Source: Promethearchaeota archaeon (GTDB lineage: Archaea > Asgardarchaeota > Lokiarchaeia > Sigyniarchaeales > SOKP01). Taken from it: a DNA stretch of 64,000 bases. The stretch covers positions 12,766 through 76,765 of the forward strand of contig JAHPZI010000023.1 of NCBI GenBank assembly GCA_019058295.1, written 5' to 3'. The notes beneath the pieces were generated by a model. The model worked only from the letters and a program-made list of their open reading frames with translations, did no database searches and was not told the DNA's origin. This document shows, in pieces, positions 1 through 10,879 of this stretch; the stretch's first letter is position 1, and the number at the start of each line of letters is the position of its first letter. Both the position numbers and the translations under genes were made by a program.

Positions 1-107
1 CGTACATTTCTAATAAAAACTTGTATCGCTTCACATCCAAGTTCTTTCCCTCTGACTAAAGCCATATATTTTCCCCCAGTTACGCTCATATGGGCACCCA
101 ATCTCAT
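1..107 (-). CDS. nfo: Endonuclease IV (AP endonuclease family 2), 5' part; runs off the window start
   Basis: Not in the ORF track. Manual translation from ATG at 107 gives MRLGAHMSVTGGKYMALVRGKELGCEAIQVFIRNV, matching the Nfo N-terminal GAHxS..GG...QxF pattern. AGGTGAG RBS at 120-114. Confidence 0.85.
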   Translation of the reverse strand, partial: MRLGAHMSVTGGKYMALVRGKELGCEAIQVFIRNV

Positions 108-212
108 CAATATCTCACCTAAAAAAATTACTTTTATAATTATATTAGGTTTTTAATCTAAATATTATTTTTATATTTAAATTAAATAAATATCTAAACA
201 AGGTTATTCTTC

Positions 213-953
213 ATGACAATGGGAGGACTACATTTATTATCTGGACTTGTAATTGCCAGTTTTATTAGAAATGAGAAATATAAAAAAGCCAAATGGGGTA
301 TAGTATGGGGGAGTATCTTTCCCGACATAGATATACTTGCAAGTATTATTATATTTCTATTTACAGGGAATCTTAATAACGCAATGTTCATTCATCGAAC
401 AGTAACTCATGGTTTTTTCGCAATGGGACTAGTTGTGCCAATTGGATTTTTAATTTCTCGAACGCGTACGGACTTTAAATGGGTATTTTTATTTTCTCTT
501 GCGTTTGCATTTGGAATGCTAACTCACATCTTTTATGATTTATTGGACGGGTATGTTGCGATTTTTGCCCCATTTTCGTACTCGAAATACTCAATTACAA
601 ACATTACTGATCCAGACCTCTTGACCCTAGGTACTTTTTTCAAAGTTTATAATTCAATAGATGGAATGAGTGATGTTATTTTTTATCTCCCATTATGGTA
701 CTGGGCAACTCGTAAAGCGAATATCACGAATGAACTAAAATTTGCGAAAAAATTGTTAATTGTGTCTTTTATTTCAATTGTATATTTTAGCTGTCTATTA
801 GTGCTTGCCTTCACTGATATCAGCGTTGAAATGCATATTATACTTGTTTATGCTTACTGGGGAATAATCCATCTCCCTCTATCGACTGTAATTGTCCAAA
901 TAAAGATGAAAGAAACAATCCAAGATTTTAGTTTCTTAAAGTTGAGAGAATAA
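213..953 (+). CDS. Membrane-bound metal-dependent hydrolase (YdjM-like)
   Basis: N-terminal His, GSIFPDID, HRTVTHG and THIFYDLL motifs; several TM helices. Confidence 0.75.
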   Translation: MTMGGLHLLSGLVIASFIRNEKYKKAKWGIVWGSIFPDIDILASIIIFLFTGNLNNAMFIHRTVTHGFFAMGLVVPIGFLISRTRTDFKWVFLFSLAFAFGMLTHIFYDLLDGYVAIFAPFSYSKYSITNITDPDLLTLGTFFKVYNSIDGMSDVIFYLPLWYWATRKANITNELKFAKKLLIVSFISIVYFSCLLVLAFTDISVEMHIILVYAYWGIIHLPLSTVIVQIKMKETIQDFSFLKLRE

Positions 954-1011
954 CAAAAGAGAATATATAGAAAAAGAATAATTATTTTAAATTTAAAAGA
1001 TATAATAAAAT

Positions 1012-1566
1012 ATGCAAAACATTAAAGCCAAAAAAGAAAGCCTAATGCGTTTATTAGGTATGGTTTTAATCCTTTGTGGTCTATTAATTACGCTATTTGT
1101 TGATATCATTTTCGTTATATCAAACGTTGCCTTATTTCTTCTAATTATAATTCCATGGTTTTTGTTGATTATTTTATTGAAGCTGGAGATTGATTTTGTT
1201 GTTGATCATGCCATAATATTTTCTATAATTTTCTGCATATACACAATAATAATGAGCTTAGTAGCATTGCTATTTATTTCTAATGAAGTAGCTTCATTAT
1301 TATTTATCATGTTGGTGATATCTGATATTTTATTATTGATATGCTGGCATTTTGCGATTTCTATTTTTAAAAAGAAAAAAATTTTATCTATCCTATGCGG
1401 ATTTGGTTATTTGATAATTACTTCTATCTTTCGCCTTTTACCTATCGTGATTATTTGGCCTTGGTTCCTTAACCTTGGATCAGCAGCAATTGTTCTTCTT
1501 GGAATTGTTTTGATCCTTTTTGCAGAAATGAGAATGAGGAAAAAAGGATTGCTCAATTATATATAA
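1012..1566 (+). CDS. Hypothetical integral membrane protein
   Basis: 184-aa ORF with about 6 hydrophobic helices. Confidence 0.7.
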   Translation: MQNIKAKKESLMRLLGMVLILCGLLITLFVDIIFVISNVALFLLIIIPWFLLIILLKLEIDFVVDHAIIFSIIFCIYTIIMSLVALLFISNEVASLLFIMLVISDILLLICWHFAISIFKKKKILSILCGFGYLIITSIFRLLPIVIIWPWFLNLGSAAIVLLGIVLILFAEMRMRKKGLLNYI

Positions 1567-1610
1567 TCAGGAATTTTTTTTCTTTTTATTTAATTATTTT
1601 ATCTATTATC

Positions 1611-3329
1611 CTATTCATCTAATTTTTTCCAAAAATCTTTAAATTCTTCTTTAGAAATCGAAACCGTTAAATTCGTGGGATCTGAGGACTCTTTTCTTAA
1701 AAATTCAGGAAGATCATTTATATTTTGAGAAATTCCAGCTTTATCGTTAAATTCAATCTCATTTCTTATAATTTGTTTTCCGATACTAATTACATTTTCC
1801 CTCGTTAAATTTGTATTATACATCGCATTAACTACACCCGCAATTAATTCCATATTTTCGTAGCTTGGACCTATAAAATAACAACAACCCATTGCGTCTA
1901 AAACAGCTGTATATATTTGTAATTCATAAGACAAATCCAATTTATTTTGATTATCAGTAATTTCTCCATATTCTCTATCAGTTCTTGCTGATCTTCCAGC
2001 AATAGCTGCTCCCGCCGTATGGTCCGCTCCCATTGGAGATGTCGCATAAGTTACGCTCATAGCTTTAAAAACTCGAGGATCATAAGCGGATATTCCTTGT
2101 CCCTTCACATGAGGTATTCTCTCAAAATTTAATTCTCGGCCTAAATGACAAACTCCATTTCCATAAAGCTGACCTATTTCTGAACCTTTCCTAATTTCTT
2201 CCAAGATTTCGAAAACTTTTTCAGAATCACCCCAGTTTACTTTACCACTATCCATTGCAACACCCATAGTAACACCAAACTCAATTGTATCAATACCAAT
2301 ATCGTCGCATAAGTGATCAATTTTCGCTAAACTATCAATATCATTAATCATACAATTAGAACCGTTCATAGCCATTGTTTCATATTCAAGACTAGATGTA
2401 ACATGATTACCATTCTCATCAACAAAAAGATTTGAACACTTAATAACACAGGTTGGACTACATGCTAAACTCTTTTTTCCACCCCGAGCCATGACGATCT
2501 CGTGAAGTTCTTCTCCAGATATTTTTTCAATTTCTTCATATGAACCTTTTCTAAAACTTTTAGTAGGTATACCACCATATTCACTCATAGCTTTCATCAT
2601 CAATGGAGTTCCATAAGTTGAAAATGTCTGTCTTGTTTCGAATAAATACTTAGCAAAAGGTTTGGATAATTCCCTGAATTTGTTAATATCGTGGATTTTC
2701 GCTTTTGATCTTTTTGGTGGAATAATAACTATAGCTTTTATTCTTTTAGAGCCCATAACAGCACCTAGACCACCTCTCCCAGCGTGTCGGCTCGGGTATC
2801 CTTCTAAATCATTAGCCGCAACACTAGAATTTTTTAACGTCATTTCTCCAGCTGGACCAATTGAATAGATCCCAATTCGCTCGCCATATTTTTTTCTTAA
2901 CCTCTCGTGCAATTCATAATTACCTAATCTCTTGTATTCTTTAGCAGATTCAAATTTAATCCCATCTTGATTTATTAAAATGAGTTTTAAATCATTAGAA
3001 ATATTCTCTAAAACTAAAGCCCTAAATCCATAAGTAGCTAACATCATTGAAGGTCTGCCACCTATATTCGATTCTTTTATGCCATTAGTTAAAGGACTCT
3101 TGGCACCTACAGATGTGCGTGCTGAATTTGGAAATGGACTTCCTGTTAATAATCCACTAGCGATAACAAGTTTATTTTTATCTCCTAAAGGATCGCAAGA
3201 AGGATTGACTTCATCATGAACTATTTGGGAACTTAAACCCCGTCCTCCCAGAAGAAAATATTTTGAATCGCTTGTAATATCTTCAAATTTAATTGATTCT
3301 GTTTTTACATTAATTCTTGCTAATCTCAT
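1611..3329 (-). CDS. aor: Aldehyde:ferredoxin oxidoreductase family (W/Mo-pterin)
   Basis: LGGRGL, AKSPLT..IKESN.GG, AGRGGLGAVMGSK, CxxxCxxxC, EYET and GxDTI motifs. Confidence 0.9.
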   Translation of the reverse strand: MRLARINVKTESIKFEDITSDSKYFLLGGRGLSSQIVHDEVNPSCDPLGDKNKLVIASGLLTGSPFPNSARTSVGAKSPLTNGIKESNIGGRPSMMLATYGFRALVLENISNDLKLILINQDGIKFESAKEYKRLGNYELHERLRKKYGERIGIYSIGPAGEMTLKNSSVAANDLEGYPSRHAGRGGLGAVMGSKRIKAIVIIPPKRSKAKIHDINKFRELSKPFAKYLFETRQTFSTYGTPLMMKAMSEYGGIPTKSFRKGSYEEIEKISGEELHEIVMARGGKKSLACSPTCVIKCSNLFVDENGNHVTSSLEYETMAMNGSNCMINDIDSLAKIDHLCDDIGIDTIEFGVTMGVAMDSGKVNWGDSEKVFEILEEIRKGSEIGQLYGNGVCHLGRELNFERIPHVKGQGISAYDPRVFKAMSVTYATSPMGADHTAGAAIAGRSARTDREYGEITDNQNKLDLSYELQIYTAVLDAMGCCYFIGPSYENMELIAGVVNAMYNTNLTRENVISIGKQIIRNEIEFNDKAGISQNINDLPEFLRKESSDPTNLTVSISKEEFKDFWKKLDE

Positions 3330-3382
3330 AAGAAGAGATATTAATTATTTTTATTTTAATTTTTCATTTCTTTTTGAAATGT

Positions 3383-3913
3383 TCAGAATTTTTCGTAATG
3401 AACTATTTTTTCAAGGGGTTTCCGGGCTTCCACTTCACTTTTCTGCTTGACAGGAAACCCTAAGGGAGTTAATCCCATAACGTGATATTCTTCGGGAATC
3501 TCTAAAATTTTCTTTACTTTTTCTTCATTAAACCACCCTATCCAACACGTTGCTAAGCCCTCAGCTGTGGCTGCTAAAATTAAATGCTCAAAACAAATAC
3601 CAAAATCAACAGGGTAATATTTTTCGCCATTAGAATTTGTACCTGAACGTTTTTCAGGGATAATACCTACAATAAACATAGGAGCTTCGGCAAACTTCTT
3701 TCTCTGCCCTATTGCTCTCCATATCTCTTTCACTTTCTCTGAATCTTGAACAATTATATAATGAACTCCCTGCATATTTGCCCATGTGGGCGCAAGTCTT
3801 GCGGCTTCCAAGATTCTTTCTATTTTTTCCATTTCGGGCATTTCTGGCTTATATATTCGATAACTCCTTCTCTTTTTAACTACATCGTAAAAATCCATCT
3901 TAAATTGCCTCAT
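3383..3913 (-). CDS. Nitroreductase family protein
   Basis: RRSYR, AARLAPT..N.Q, LAATAEGLATCWIG and RKPL motifs; true start may be ATG at 3898. Confidence 0.9.
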   Translation of the reverse strand: MRQFKMDFYDVVKKRRSYRIYKPEMPEMEKIERILEAARLAPTWANMQGVHYIIVQDSEKVKEIWRAIGQRKKFAEAPMFIVGIIPEKRSGTNSNGEKYYPVDFGICFEHLILAATAEGLATCWIGWFNEEKVKKILEIPEEYHVMGLTPLGFPVKQKSEVEARKPLEKIVHYEKF

Positions 3914-4097
3914 AATTATTTTGATTCTATATATCTTTTAATTAACTTTTATTTATTATTTCTATTTATATTTCAAAAATTTTGAAAAACATCAAAAGAA
4001 TTAAGAAATTATATACTATTTTTACTACTTTTTCCTTATTATATTTATATATTAGATTTTTTATGTATTCTCATATTAAAACACGAAAGCGATAAAA

Positions 4098-4907
4098 ATG
4101 GCTAAAAAGAAAACTGGAAGATTTAAAAACATAACAATTGAAGAAAAAACAGCGTTAGAAGATATTGAAAAGTTAGTTGGAGAATCATTAAAAGAATATA
4201 AAGAATTTTTGGGAATCTATCCATGTGGATTCATAATTAAAGATGGGCATGTTACTAAATTAGGAATTGAATATAAGGGATTGCCAAAAGTTCCAAAGAC
4301 GCTAAAAGATTTAAAGTGGCTAAAAGAATTAGGTTTATCTTGGAATAAATTACCCTCTATCCCCGACATATTTAATAGTCTAATAAATCTCGAAAAAATT
4401 GATTTGGCATACAATAGATTGAAAACTCTCCCCGACTCATTTGGTAATCTCATCAATCTCAAGAGATTAAATTTAGCAGGTAATGACTTTAAAACACTCC
4501 CCAACTCATTTGGTAATCTTATCAATCTCAAGAGATTAGATTTGGCCCAGAATGGCTTGAAAGCACTTCCCGACTCATTTGGAAACCTAAGGATGCTTGA
4601 GGAATTGGACTTATGGGGCAATTGGTTGAAAACACTTCCGGAATCATTCGGAGATTTATCCAATCTCAAATCTTTGGAATTATGTTCAAATACTTCACCC
4701 AAGATTCCAAAATCGTTTGAAAATCTAACTAATCTTAAAAAATTATTATTGTCGGTTAAAGAAGTTGGGCTTTTTCCAAGGAAAATAGCTGAGCAACTTA
4801 AAAAACAGGGCTGTCAAGTTCATTATGAAGCACGTGAATGGATCGGTGATTGGGGGGGAGACTGGGAAACGGTAAAATACGATTATTTCAAAAAAAAGGA
4901 AATATAA
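4098..4907 (+). CDS. Leucine-rich repeat protein (23-aa repeats)
   Basis: About 6 repeats of LxxLxLxxNxLxxLPxSFGNLxx. Confidence 0.9.
   Translation: MAKKKTGRFKNITIEEKTALEDIEKLVGESLKEYKEFLGIYPCGFIIKDGHVTKLGIEYKGLPKVPKTLKDLKWLKELGLSWNKLPSIPDIFNSLINLEKIDLAYNRLKTLPDSFGNLINLKRLNLAGNDFKTLPNSFGNLINLKRLDLAQNGLKALPDSFGNLRMLEELDLWGNWLKTLPESFGDLSNLKSLELCSNTSPKIPKSFENLTNLKKLLLSVKEVGLFPRKIAEQLKKQGCQVHYEAREWIGDWGGDWETVKYDYFKKKEI
4423..4670 (+). repeat. 69-bp coding tandem repeat (LRR units)
   Basis: Near-identical units containing ACTCATTTGGTAATCT(C/T)ATCAATCTCAAGAGATTA; later units are more diverged. Confidence 0.8.
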
Positions 4908-5217
4908 ATTGAATGACTTATGTCTGTTTAATAGTTTATTTTTACTTGAAAGATTTTATGTGTTATTTTTATAGTTTACTGAACAACGAATTTAAATTAA
5001 TCAAAAAAATTGAAAAATTTAAAATCCTCAAATAAGTATTTAATTAAATAGATAAACAAATTACAATTATATCAAATTTTTACCATAAGTATTAAATATG
5101 AGACGTGTGTAACATATTCTTATTATAAGAAGATCAAAAAATTGGTATCTTATATAGAACATTTATTTCGCATTGAATTTAGCATTTTTTTTGAATAATA
5201 TTTCTAGTGGTTAAAAT

Positions 5218-6150
5218 ATGAATCAGCAACAGCGAGAATTTTTAAGATTTAATAGAAATGAAGAAAATTTAGATATACTAAAAACAAACGAATGCTGTGA
5301 AAAGCCGTTAATTCAAATTAGAGATGGAAACCGCTTATGTTTAAATTGTGGGATGATTTATCAAAAAGAATTTGTGGGAAATGAGAGACGGGCTTACACA
5401 GTGGAAGAAATCCAGAGTCGTAAACGAACAGAACCCCGCTGGCGTGATTTTGGACCTCGTACAATGCTCCCAAACACCAAAACTGATAGCAAGGGTAAAT
5501 CAATAGGTGCAAAAGAGCAAGCTCTTTTTTCACGTTTATCAAAAATTCAAAATTCATTAATATCAAGCATTGAAAGAAATTTTTGGGAAGCAAAACCAAA
5601 ATTAAAAATGTTATGTTCCAAATTAAATATCCCTGAATATATATCAGATAGTGCATGGAAGATTTATTCAATTGTGGCTAAAAAGAAGTTAACTATGGGG
5701 AGATCGATTAATGGATTCATCTCCGGTGCCTTATATGCGGCGATTCGAGTTCATGATTTCCCGCGTTTGCTCGACGAGGTTTGCGAAGCATCGTTAACAC
5801 CTAGAAGAACAGTTCACAGAAGTCTCGCTATGATTATTCGGGAGATATTACCGGAATTAAATTTAAAATACCAACCAATTACAGCTGAATGTTTGGTTTT
5901 TCGTTTTGGCAATGAATTAGAATTACCGATGCAAATTCAAAAATGCGCTATTAATATGTTAATACAAGCATCACAAAACGGTTTAAAGAGAACAGGAAAG
6001 GATCCGAAAGGTCTTGCAGCAGCATGTATTTATATTGCTGCTAAAGATGGGGCTATGCGTAAAACCCAATCACGAGTTGCGGAAATTGCAAAAATCACTG
6101 AAGTTACTCTTCGAAGTCGAGCTAAACAAATCAGAAATAAATTATATTAA
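5218..6150 (+). CDS. tfb: Transcription initiation factor IIB (TFB)
   Basis: Zn ribbon CC..CLNCG, E.RAYT B-reader-like segment, two cyclin repeats (GRS..., GKDPKGLAAACIYIA), C-terminal HTH TQ..VA.IA.ITEVTLR.R. Confidence 0.92.
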   Translation: MNQQQREFLRFNRNEENLDILKTNECCEKPLIQIRDGNRLCLNCGMIYQKEFVGNERRAYTVEEIQSRKRTEPRWRDFGPRTMLPNTKTDSKGKSIGAKEQALFSRLSKIQNSLISSIERNFWEAKPKLKMLCSKLNIPEYISDSAWKIYSIVAKKKLTMGRSINGFISGALYAAIRVHDFPRLLDEVCEASLTPRRTVHRSLAMIIREILPELNLKYQPITAECLVFRFGNELELPMQIQKCAINMLIQASQNGLKRTGKDPKGLAAACIYIAAKDGAMRKTQSRVAEIAKITEVTLRSRAKQIRNKLY

Positions 6151-6200
6151 AAAAATTTTATAAATTTTTAATTATCAAATAATTAGGGTTAAGGGTAGAT

Positions 6201-6764
6201 TTAATCTCCTTTTTCTTTTTTTTCAAGTTCTAAATTCCAATGTAGACCTAGAGCACCAAATACTAATCCAACCATTAAATAATAACAAACAACCCCCGTA
6301 AAAAATAGCCAAATAACTATGACATAAAAAGGAGCTAAATTTGCGCTAAAAATAATGTGTTGGAATGTTTTTAATCTCCCACCAATTGTAATTTCAGTTC
6401 TACCTAAAAACGTTATATATGCTAATTTAATGAAGGAAAAAATTAAAATTAACATACCAAACATAAGCATGCTTTTAGCTCTACTTTTATTATCAATTTT
6501 ACTTGAAGAAAGTTTTAGAAGAAGTAATCCAATTATAAAAAAGATACAAATTGAGCTAACTAGAAAGATAAATATTAAAGTAGCCGAGAGTGGAACGTAA
6601 GTTGAGTTAAATATAAATTCTTGAAAAAGCATTTTCTTGCCATATAAATTAATTTGTGTAGATAATAGTAGAAATATATTAAATAGCTCGATAGATGAGA
6701 GAACGATAAAAAGCAAGCCAAATACTATAAGAACTTTTTTGTAATGTTTTTCTTCATATACCAA
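6201..6764 (-). CDS. Hypothetical membrane protein (about 4 TM)
   Basis: 187-aa hydrophobic ORF, TTG start. Confidence 0.7.
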   Translation of the reverse strand: MVYEEKHYKKVLIVFGLLFIVLSSIELFNIFLLLSTQINLYGKKMLFQEFIFNSTYVPLSATLIFIFLVSSICIFFIIGLLLLKLSSSKIDNKSRAKSMLMFGMLILIFSFIKLAYITFLGRTEITIGGRLKTFQHIIFSANLAPFYVIVIWLFFTGVVCYYLMVGLVFGALGLHWNLELEKKEKGD

Positions 6765-6920
6765 TTGGGGCCACTATTTTTATTTTCTAAAATTAAAAAT
6801 ATAATTAATAATTATAATTTGATTGATTTCTTATAAAAATTCTTATACAACTTTTACTTCTAATGCATTTGAAATTAGAATAATTTATGATCAAAAAATT
6901 TTTATAAATGAGCTATTTCA

Positions 6921-7880
6921 TTGAAAAAACTGAGACAAGATAATTCAGATAACGAATGCCCTCATAACGATATTAAGAGGGAGGGTGGATTTCTTGTTTG
7001 CAAAGATTGTGGCTTAATCTTAGAAGCTGATATTACATTTGAAACGTCCATTAACGGCAAATCCGCAGAATCTCAACAGGTTTACGAAAGAAACATTAGG
7101 ATAAGAGACTCGAAAGCATTACAAGATCCAAACATTAAACAGAAATACGATAAAATTCAAACGCTCGAAAAATGGTACAGAGACTACGAAACAAGTTTTA
7201 CAGAACAACGAAAAACGATTGAATTATTGAAAAATTATGGTTTTAATATAAATCAAGTAAAACTTCAAGCAATAAAGAAAAGATATCTCAAATATAATAG
7301 AAACCATAGAGCCACATATCAAAACATGGTCATTATCTTCCTTGCAATCATATGGCTAGAAATTAAAGAAACTACTAATGTTCGTATTGAAAGATATATA
7401 GAAGTATGTAATGAGTTAGGACACAAAATTAATAAAAAAATGCTTACTAATGCAATGCTGAAAGTAAAGAAAACTGAGAAGATGTGGAAAGAATTAAAGT
7501 CTCAAACCGATATTGAAAAAGAAATAAAGGAAAAGATCAAAATCTTATTTCAAAAGGATTTAAATAGTATTCCTTACGATAAAGTTGAGGATTTCATTTC
7601 TCACGAATCAGAGTTCGAGAAATTGAAGATTGAAATGCAAATATTAGCGGATGACTTACTTAAGAAAATACCGTATAAAGATTTAAAAAACTTAAATTAT
7701 AAAGCATTCACAGCAGGATTGATTTATTATATAGGACAAACTTTAGAAAAAGGGAATAGGAAAATTTTTACTCAAAGTCTTATTGAAGAATCAACGAGTT
7801 TTTCAAGTACAACAATAAGAAAAAAATATAACATTTTAAAGGATATTTTAGGAATTCCACATAGTTTAGCAGTAAATTAA
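6921..7880 (+). CDS. Divergent TFB-like protein (Zn ribbon plus cyclin-like repeats)
   Basis: CPH..LVCKDCGLI Zn ribbon; AFTAGLIYYIG and FTQSLIEESTSFSSTTIRKKY resemble the TFB C-terminal cyclin/HTH. Confidence 0.7.
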   Translation: MKKLRQDNSDNECPHNDIKREGGFLVCKDCGLILEADITFETSINGKSAESQQVYERNIRIRDSKALQDPNIKQKYDKIQTLEKWYRDYETSFTEQRKTIELLKNYGFNINQVKLQAIKKRYLKYNRNHRATYQNMVIIFLAIIWLEIKETTNVRIERYIEVCNELGHKINKKMLTNAMLKVKKTEKMWKELKSQTDIEKEIKEKIKILFQKDLNSIPYDKVEDFISHESEFEKLKIEMQILADDLLKKIPYKDLKNLNYKAFTAGLIYYIGQTLEKGNRKIFTQSLIEESTSFSSTTIRKKYNILKDILGIPHSLAVN

Positions 7881-7990
7881 CTCTAATTTTTTATAAATTA
7901 AATTGATTAAATCTGAAAATAAATCATTATAAAGGCTTAAAACCTTTAATAATTATCATTAGGTTTTTTCAAATTTTTTAAAAAAATAAA

Positions 7991-10879
7991 ATGTCTATAG
8001 CAGAAATTACTGATAGAAATTATTATAATAAAACCATAGATGAGTTAATAAAAGAATTTAATTCTGATCCCGAGAATGGACTGAAAACTTTAGAATTAGA
8101 GAGTCGTTTTAATGAATTTGGATATAATGAACTTCCTAAAATTAAAAAATCGATTTGGAAAATATATTTAGCACCGATTTTTAACTTCTTAATTGTTATT
8201 TTGCTTATTACAGGGATTGTTGTTATTATTCTAGGGAGTCCAGAGGACACAATTATTACGTTTACAGTGGTGGGCATGAATTCATGTACAGCAATTATTC
8301 AATCCTATCGGGGACAAAAAGCTCTCGAGTCCCTAAGGCAAATCTCCGCATTAAAGGCAATTGTAATACGTGATGGAAATAAATTTGGACAAGAAATACA
8401 AACAAGAGAACTAGTACCTGGAGATATTGTACTATTAAATCAAGGAACAAAAATTCCTGCTGATGGTCGAATATTAGAATCTATGAATTTAACCATAGAC
8501 GAAGCTGCTTTAACAGGTGAAAGTGAACCTGAAGAGAAAAATAACTTGATAATTGAAAAAGAAAATATTCCTATTCAAGATCAATCCAATATGGTTTTCA
8601 TGGGTACATATGTCCATACAGGAAGAGCTAAAATTTTAATTACTGGAACAGGGATCAATACTGAAATTGGAAAAATCTCTATCCAATTAAATGAGATGGG
8701 TTCCATTGAAGAAATACCTTTAACTCATAAATTAAATAAATTAGGTTATATCTTAGGAACAGTGGTAATAATTAATCTTATAGTACTTATCGTTTATAAA
8801 TTTACAACATTAAATCTTTGGACCGAAATATTTAAAGGAAATTTTAAAAATGAAAATATTGGTGAAGCGCTTGTGAGCTCAATATTAAGGGCAATGAATA
8901 TTATGCCTATTAATTTACCTCTATTAACAACTTTAGTTCTCGTTACAGGAGTACTTAATATGGCACAAAATGGAGTAATAATTAAAAATTTATCAGCAAT
9001 AGAATCTCTCGGGCGTGTTTCTGTCGTTTGCTCGGATAAAACTGGAACAATAACTAAAAATGAAATGACGGTTGAAAAATTTTGGATAAATGAAGAAGAA
9101 TACGAAGTATCTGGTTCTGGTTATGATGCTAAAGGTGAAATTCAAAAAGATGGAAAAGAAATTAATTTAAAGGATAATTCAACATTTCAAAGATTTATTA
9201 ATTCAATAGTCATAAATAACAACTCAAAACTTATATTTGAAAACGTTAAAGTTAAGGTTGGAGAAACTATGGAAAAGGCAGTACGAAGAGCTTTAGGTTC
9301 TCCTACAGAAGCTGCATTATTAGTATTGGCTGAAAAAGCTGGTTATAATCTTACTGAAACTAAGAATAAATTTGAGATTTTGCAAGAATATTCGTTTAGT
9401 TCAGAATTTAAACGAATGACTACAGTTTGCACCATATTTGAAGAGAAATTCGAAATTTATGCTTTTTCAAAAGGTGCACCTGAAAGGATTTTAGATATAT
9501 CTAATAAAATTGAAATAAATGGCAAGGAGAAATCTTTTAAAAATAAACAAGAGATATTAAATAAAATTAATAATCGAGCCAATCAAGGCTTTAGAACTTT
9601 AGCTATTGCTTATAGAAAATTAAAAGAATTTAATAATTCTAAAAGAGAAGATATTGAGAGGAATCTAATATTTTTGGGTTTTGTGTCAATAATGGATCCC
9701 CCTCGGATTGGAGTTAAAAAATCTGTTGAAGATTACCAATCTGCCGACATTAAAGTTATAATGATTACTGGCGATCACCCAGCAACTGCCCAAACTATTG
9801 CATCTGAGATGGGAATATATAAAGAAGGAGATTTTGTGGTTGAAGGTAGTGAAATTAAAAATCTTAGCAACGATAAGTTTAATAAAGTTTCTGTATTTGC
9901 TCGGGTAGCTCCTGCTGATAAAGAGATTATTATTGAAAAATACCAAGCCCAAGATAGAGTTGTAGCAATGACGGGTGATGGAATCAATGATTCTCTTGCC
10001 TTGAAAATGGCAAATGCGGGTATAGCAATGGGAATCACTGGAACTGATGTTGCTAAAGAAACGGCAGACATGGTAATTTCAGATGATGATTTCACTTCAA
10101 TAGAGCAAGGTGTAAAAATCGGAAGAGGACTTTTTTCTAAAATCAGAACGATAATCTATTTCTTTATATGCTTAAATATAATGGAAGCCGTAATATTCTT
10201 TGGGTATGAATTCATACCGACTTTCGTATTATTTAAGTCAGAATGGCAACATATTTATATCTTTGGTGTAGTTCATTCACTTCCATCCTTAGCTTTAGTC
10301 ATTGATAAGCATCCGAAAAACATAATGAAAGAACCTCCAAAAGACGAAGAAGAATTGTTAAATAAAAATATGTGGGCAATGTTATTACTGCAAGCGTTCT
10401 TAATGGGATTGGGGTTAATATTGGCTATTCAATTAACATTAGGGGGTTTTCTGGGGGGCTTAAATGAGTGGAATATCAATCCAAATTTAAGCTATATTCC
10501 CAAGAATACTTCAAATGATGAATTAGTTGATATGAAAGCCCGAACGATGTTTATGACTACATTATATATAGTAGAAACATTTTTTATCTGGACCTTTCGC
10601 CGGCCTAATCAATCCGTTATTGAAAGCATTAAAGATGAAGATATGGGAAAGCCTTTACTTGTTATTTGTTTGATTACATTATCTCTACATGTTTTAATAA
10701 TATGTTTTTCTTATCAGTTTAATAATGCTGTAAATAACACACTAGGATTGAATTTGCAACTAAATTTTATGTTTCTGAGTGCACTGGATTGGTTAATTTG
10801 CATTTTATTTGCTCTACCTGGCTTAATTGGAATAGAAATTATCAAATATTTTGCAAGAAAAAAGAAAATAGTTTTCTAA
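7991..10879 (+). CDS. P-type ATPase, type II-like scaffold with atypical TM4 (MPINLP)
   Basis: LTGES, CSDKTGT, KGAPE, DPPR, MITGD, TGDGIND motifs; about 10 TM helices. Confidence 0.95.
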   Translation: MSIAEITDRNYYNKTIDELIKEFNSDPENGLKTLELESRFNEFGYNELPKIKKSIWKIYLAPIFNFLIVILLITGIVVIILGSPEDTIITFTVVGMNSCTAIIQSYRGQKALESLRQISALKAIVIRDGNKFGQEIQTRELVPGDIVLLNQGTKIPADGRILESMNLTIDEAALTGESEPEEKNNLIIEKENIPIQDQSNMVFMGTYVHTGRAKILITGTGINTEIGKISIQLNEMGSIEEIPLTHKLNKLGYILGTVVIINLIVLIVYKFTTLNLWTEIFKGNFKNENIGEALVSSILRAMNIMPINLPLLTTLVLVTGVLNMAQNGVIIKNLSAIESLGRVSVVCSDKTGTITKNEMTVEKFWINEEEYEVSGSGYDAKGEIQKDGKEINLKDNSTFQRFINSIVINNNSKLIFENVKVKVGETMEKAVRRALGSPTEAALLVLAEKAGYNLTETKNKFEILQEYSFSSEFKRMTTVCTIFEEKFEIYAFSKGAPERILDISNKIEINGKEKSFKNKQEILNKINNRANQGFRTLAIAYRKLKEFNNSKREDIERNLIFLGFVSIMDPPRIGVKKSVEDYQSADIKVIMITGDHPATAQTIASEMGIYKEGDFVVEGSEIKNLSNDKFNKVSVFARVAPADKEIIIEKYQAQDRVVAMTGDGINDSLALKMANAGIAMGITGTDVAKETADMVISDDDFTSIEQGVKIGRGLFSKIRTIIYFFICLNIMEAVIFFGYEFIPTFVLFKSEWQHIYIFGVVHSLPSLALVIDKHPKNIMKEPPKDEEELLNKNMWAMLLLQAFLMGLGLILAIQLTLGGFLGGLNEWNINPNLSYIPKNTSNDELVDMKARTMFMTTLYIVETFFIWTFRRPNQSVIESIKDEDMGKPLLVICLITLSLHVLIICFSYQFNNAVNNTLGLNLQLNFMFLSALDWLICILFALPGLIGIEIIKYFARKKKIVF

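Noticed and set aside
4423-4670. Repeats as a CRISPR array or diversity-generating retroelement
   Set aside because: They are in-frame 69-bp coding units with no unique spacers; no cas or reverse transcriptase gene is in the window.
4217-4702. 161-aa minus-strand ORF and the many other short tracked ORFs overlapping longer genes
   Set aside because: They lie antisense or out of frame within well-supported genes and carry no motifs of their own.
5132-6900. Identical 12-mer GATCAAAAAATT upstream of both TFB-like genes (5132-5143, 6889-6900)
   Set aside because: Low complexity in AT-rich DNA and at different distances from the starts; cannot be separated from chance.
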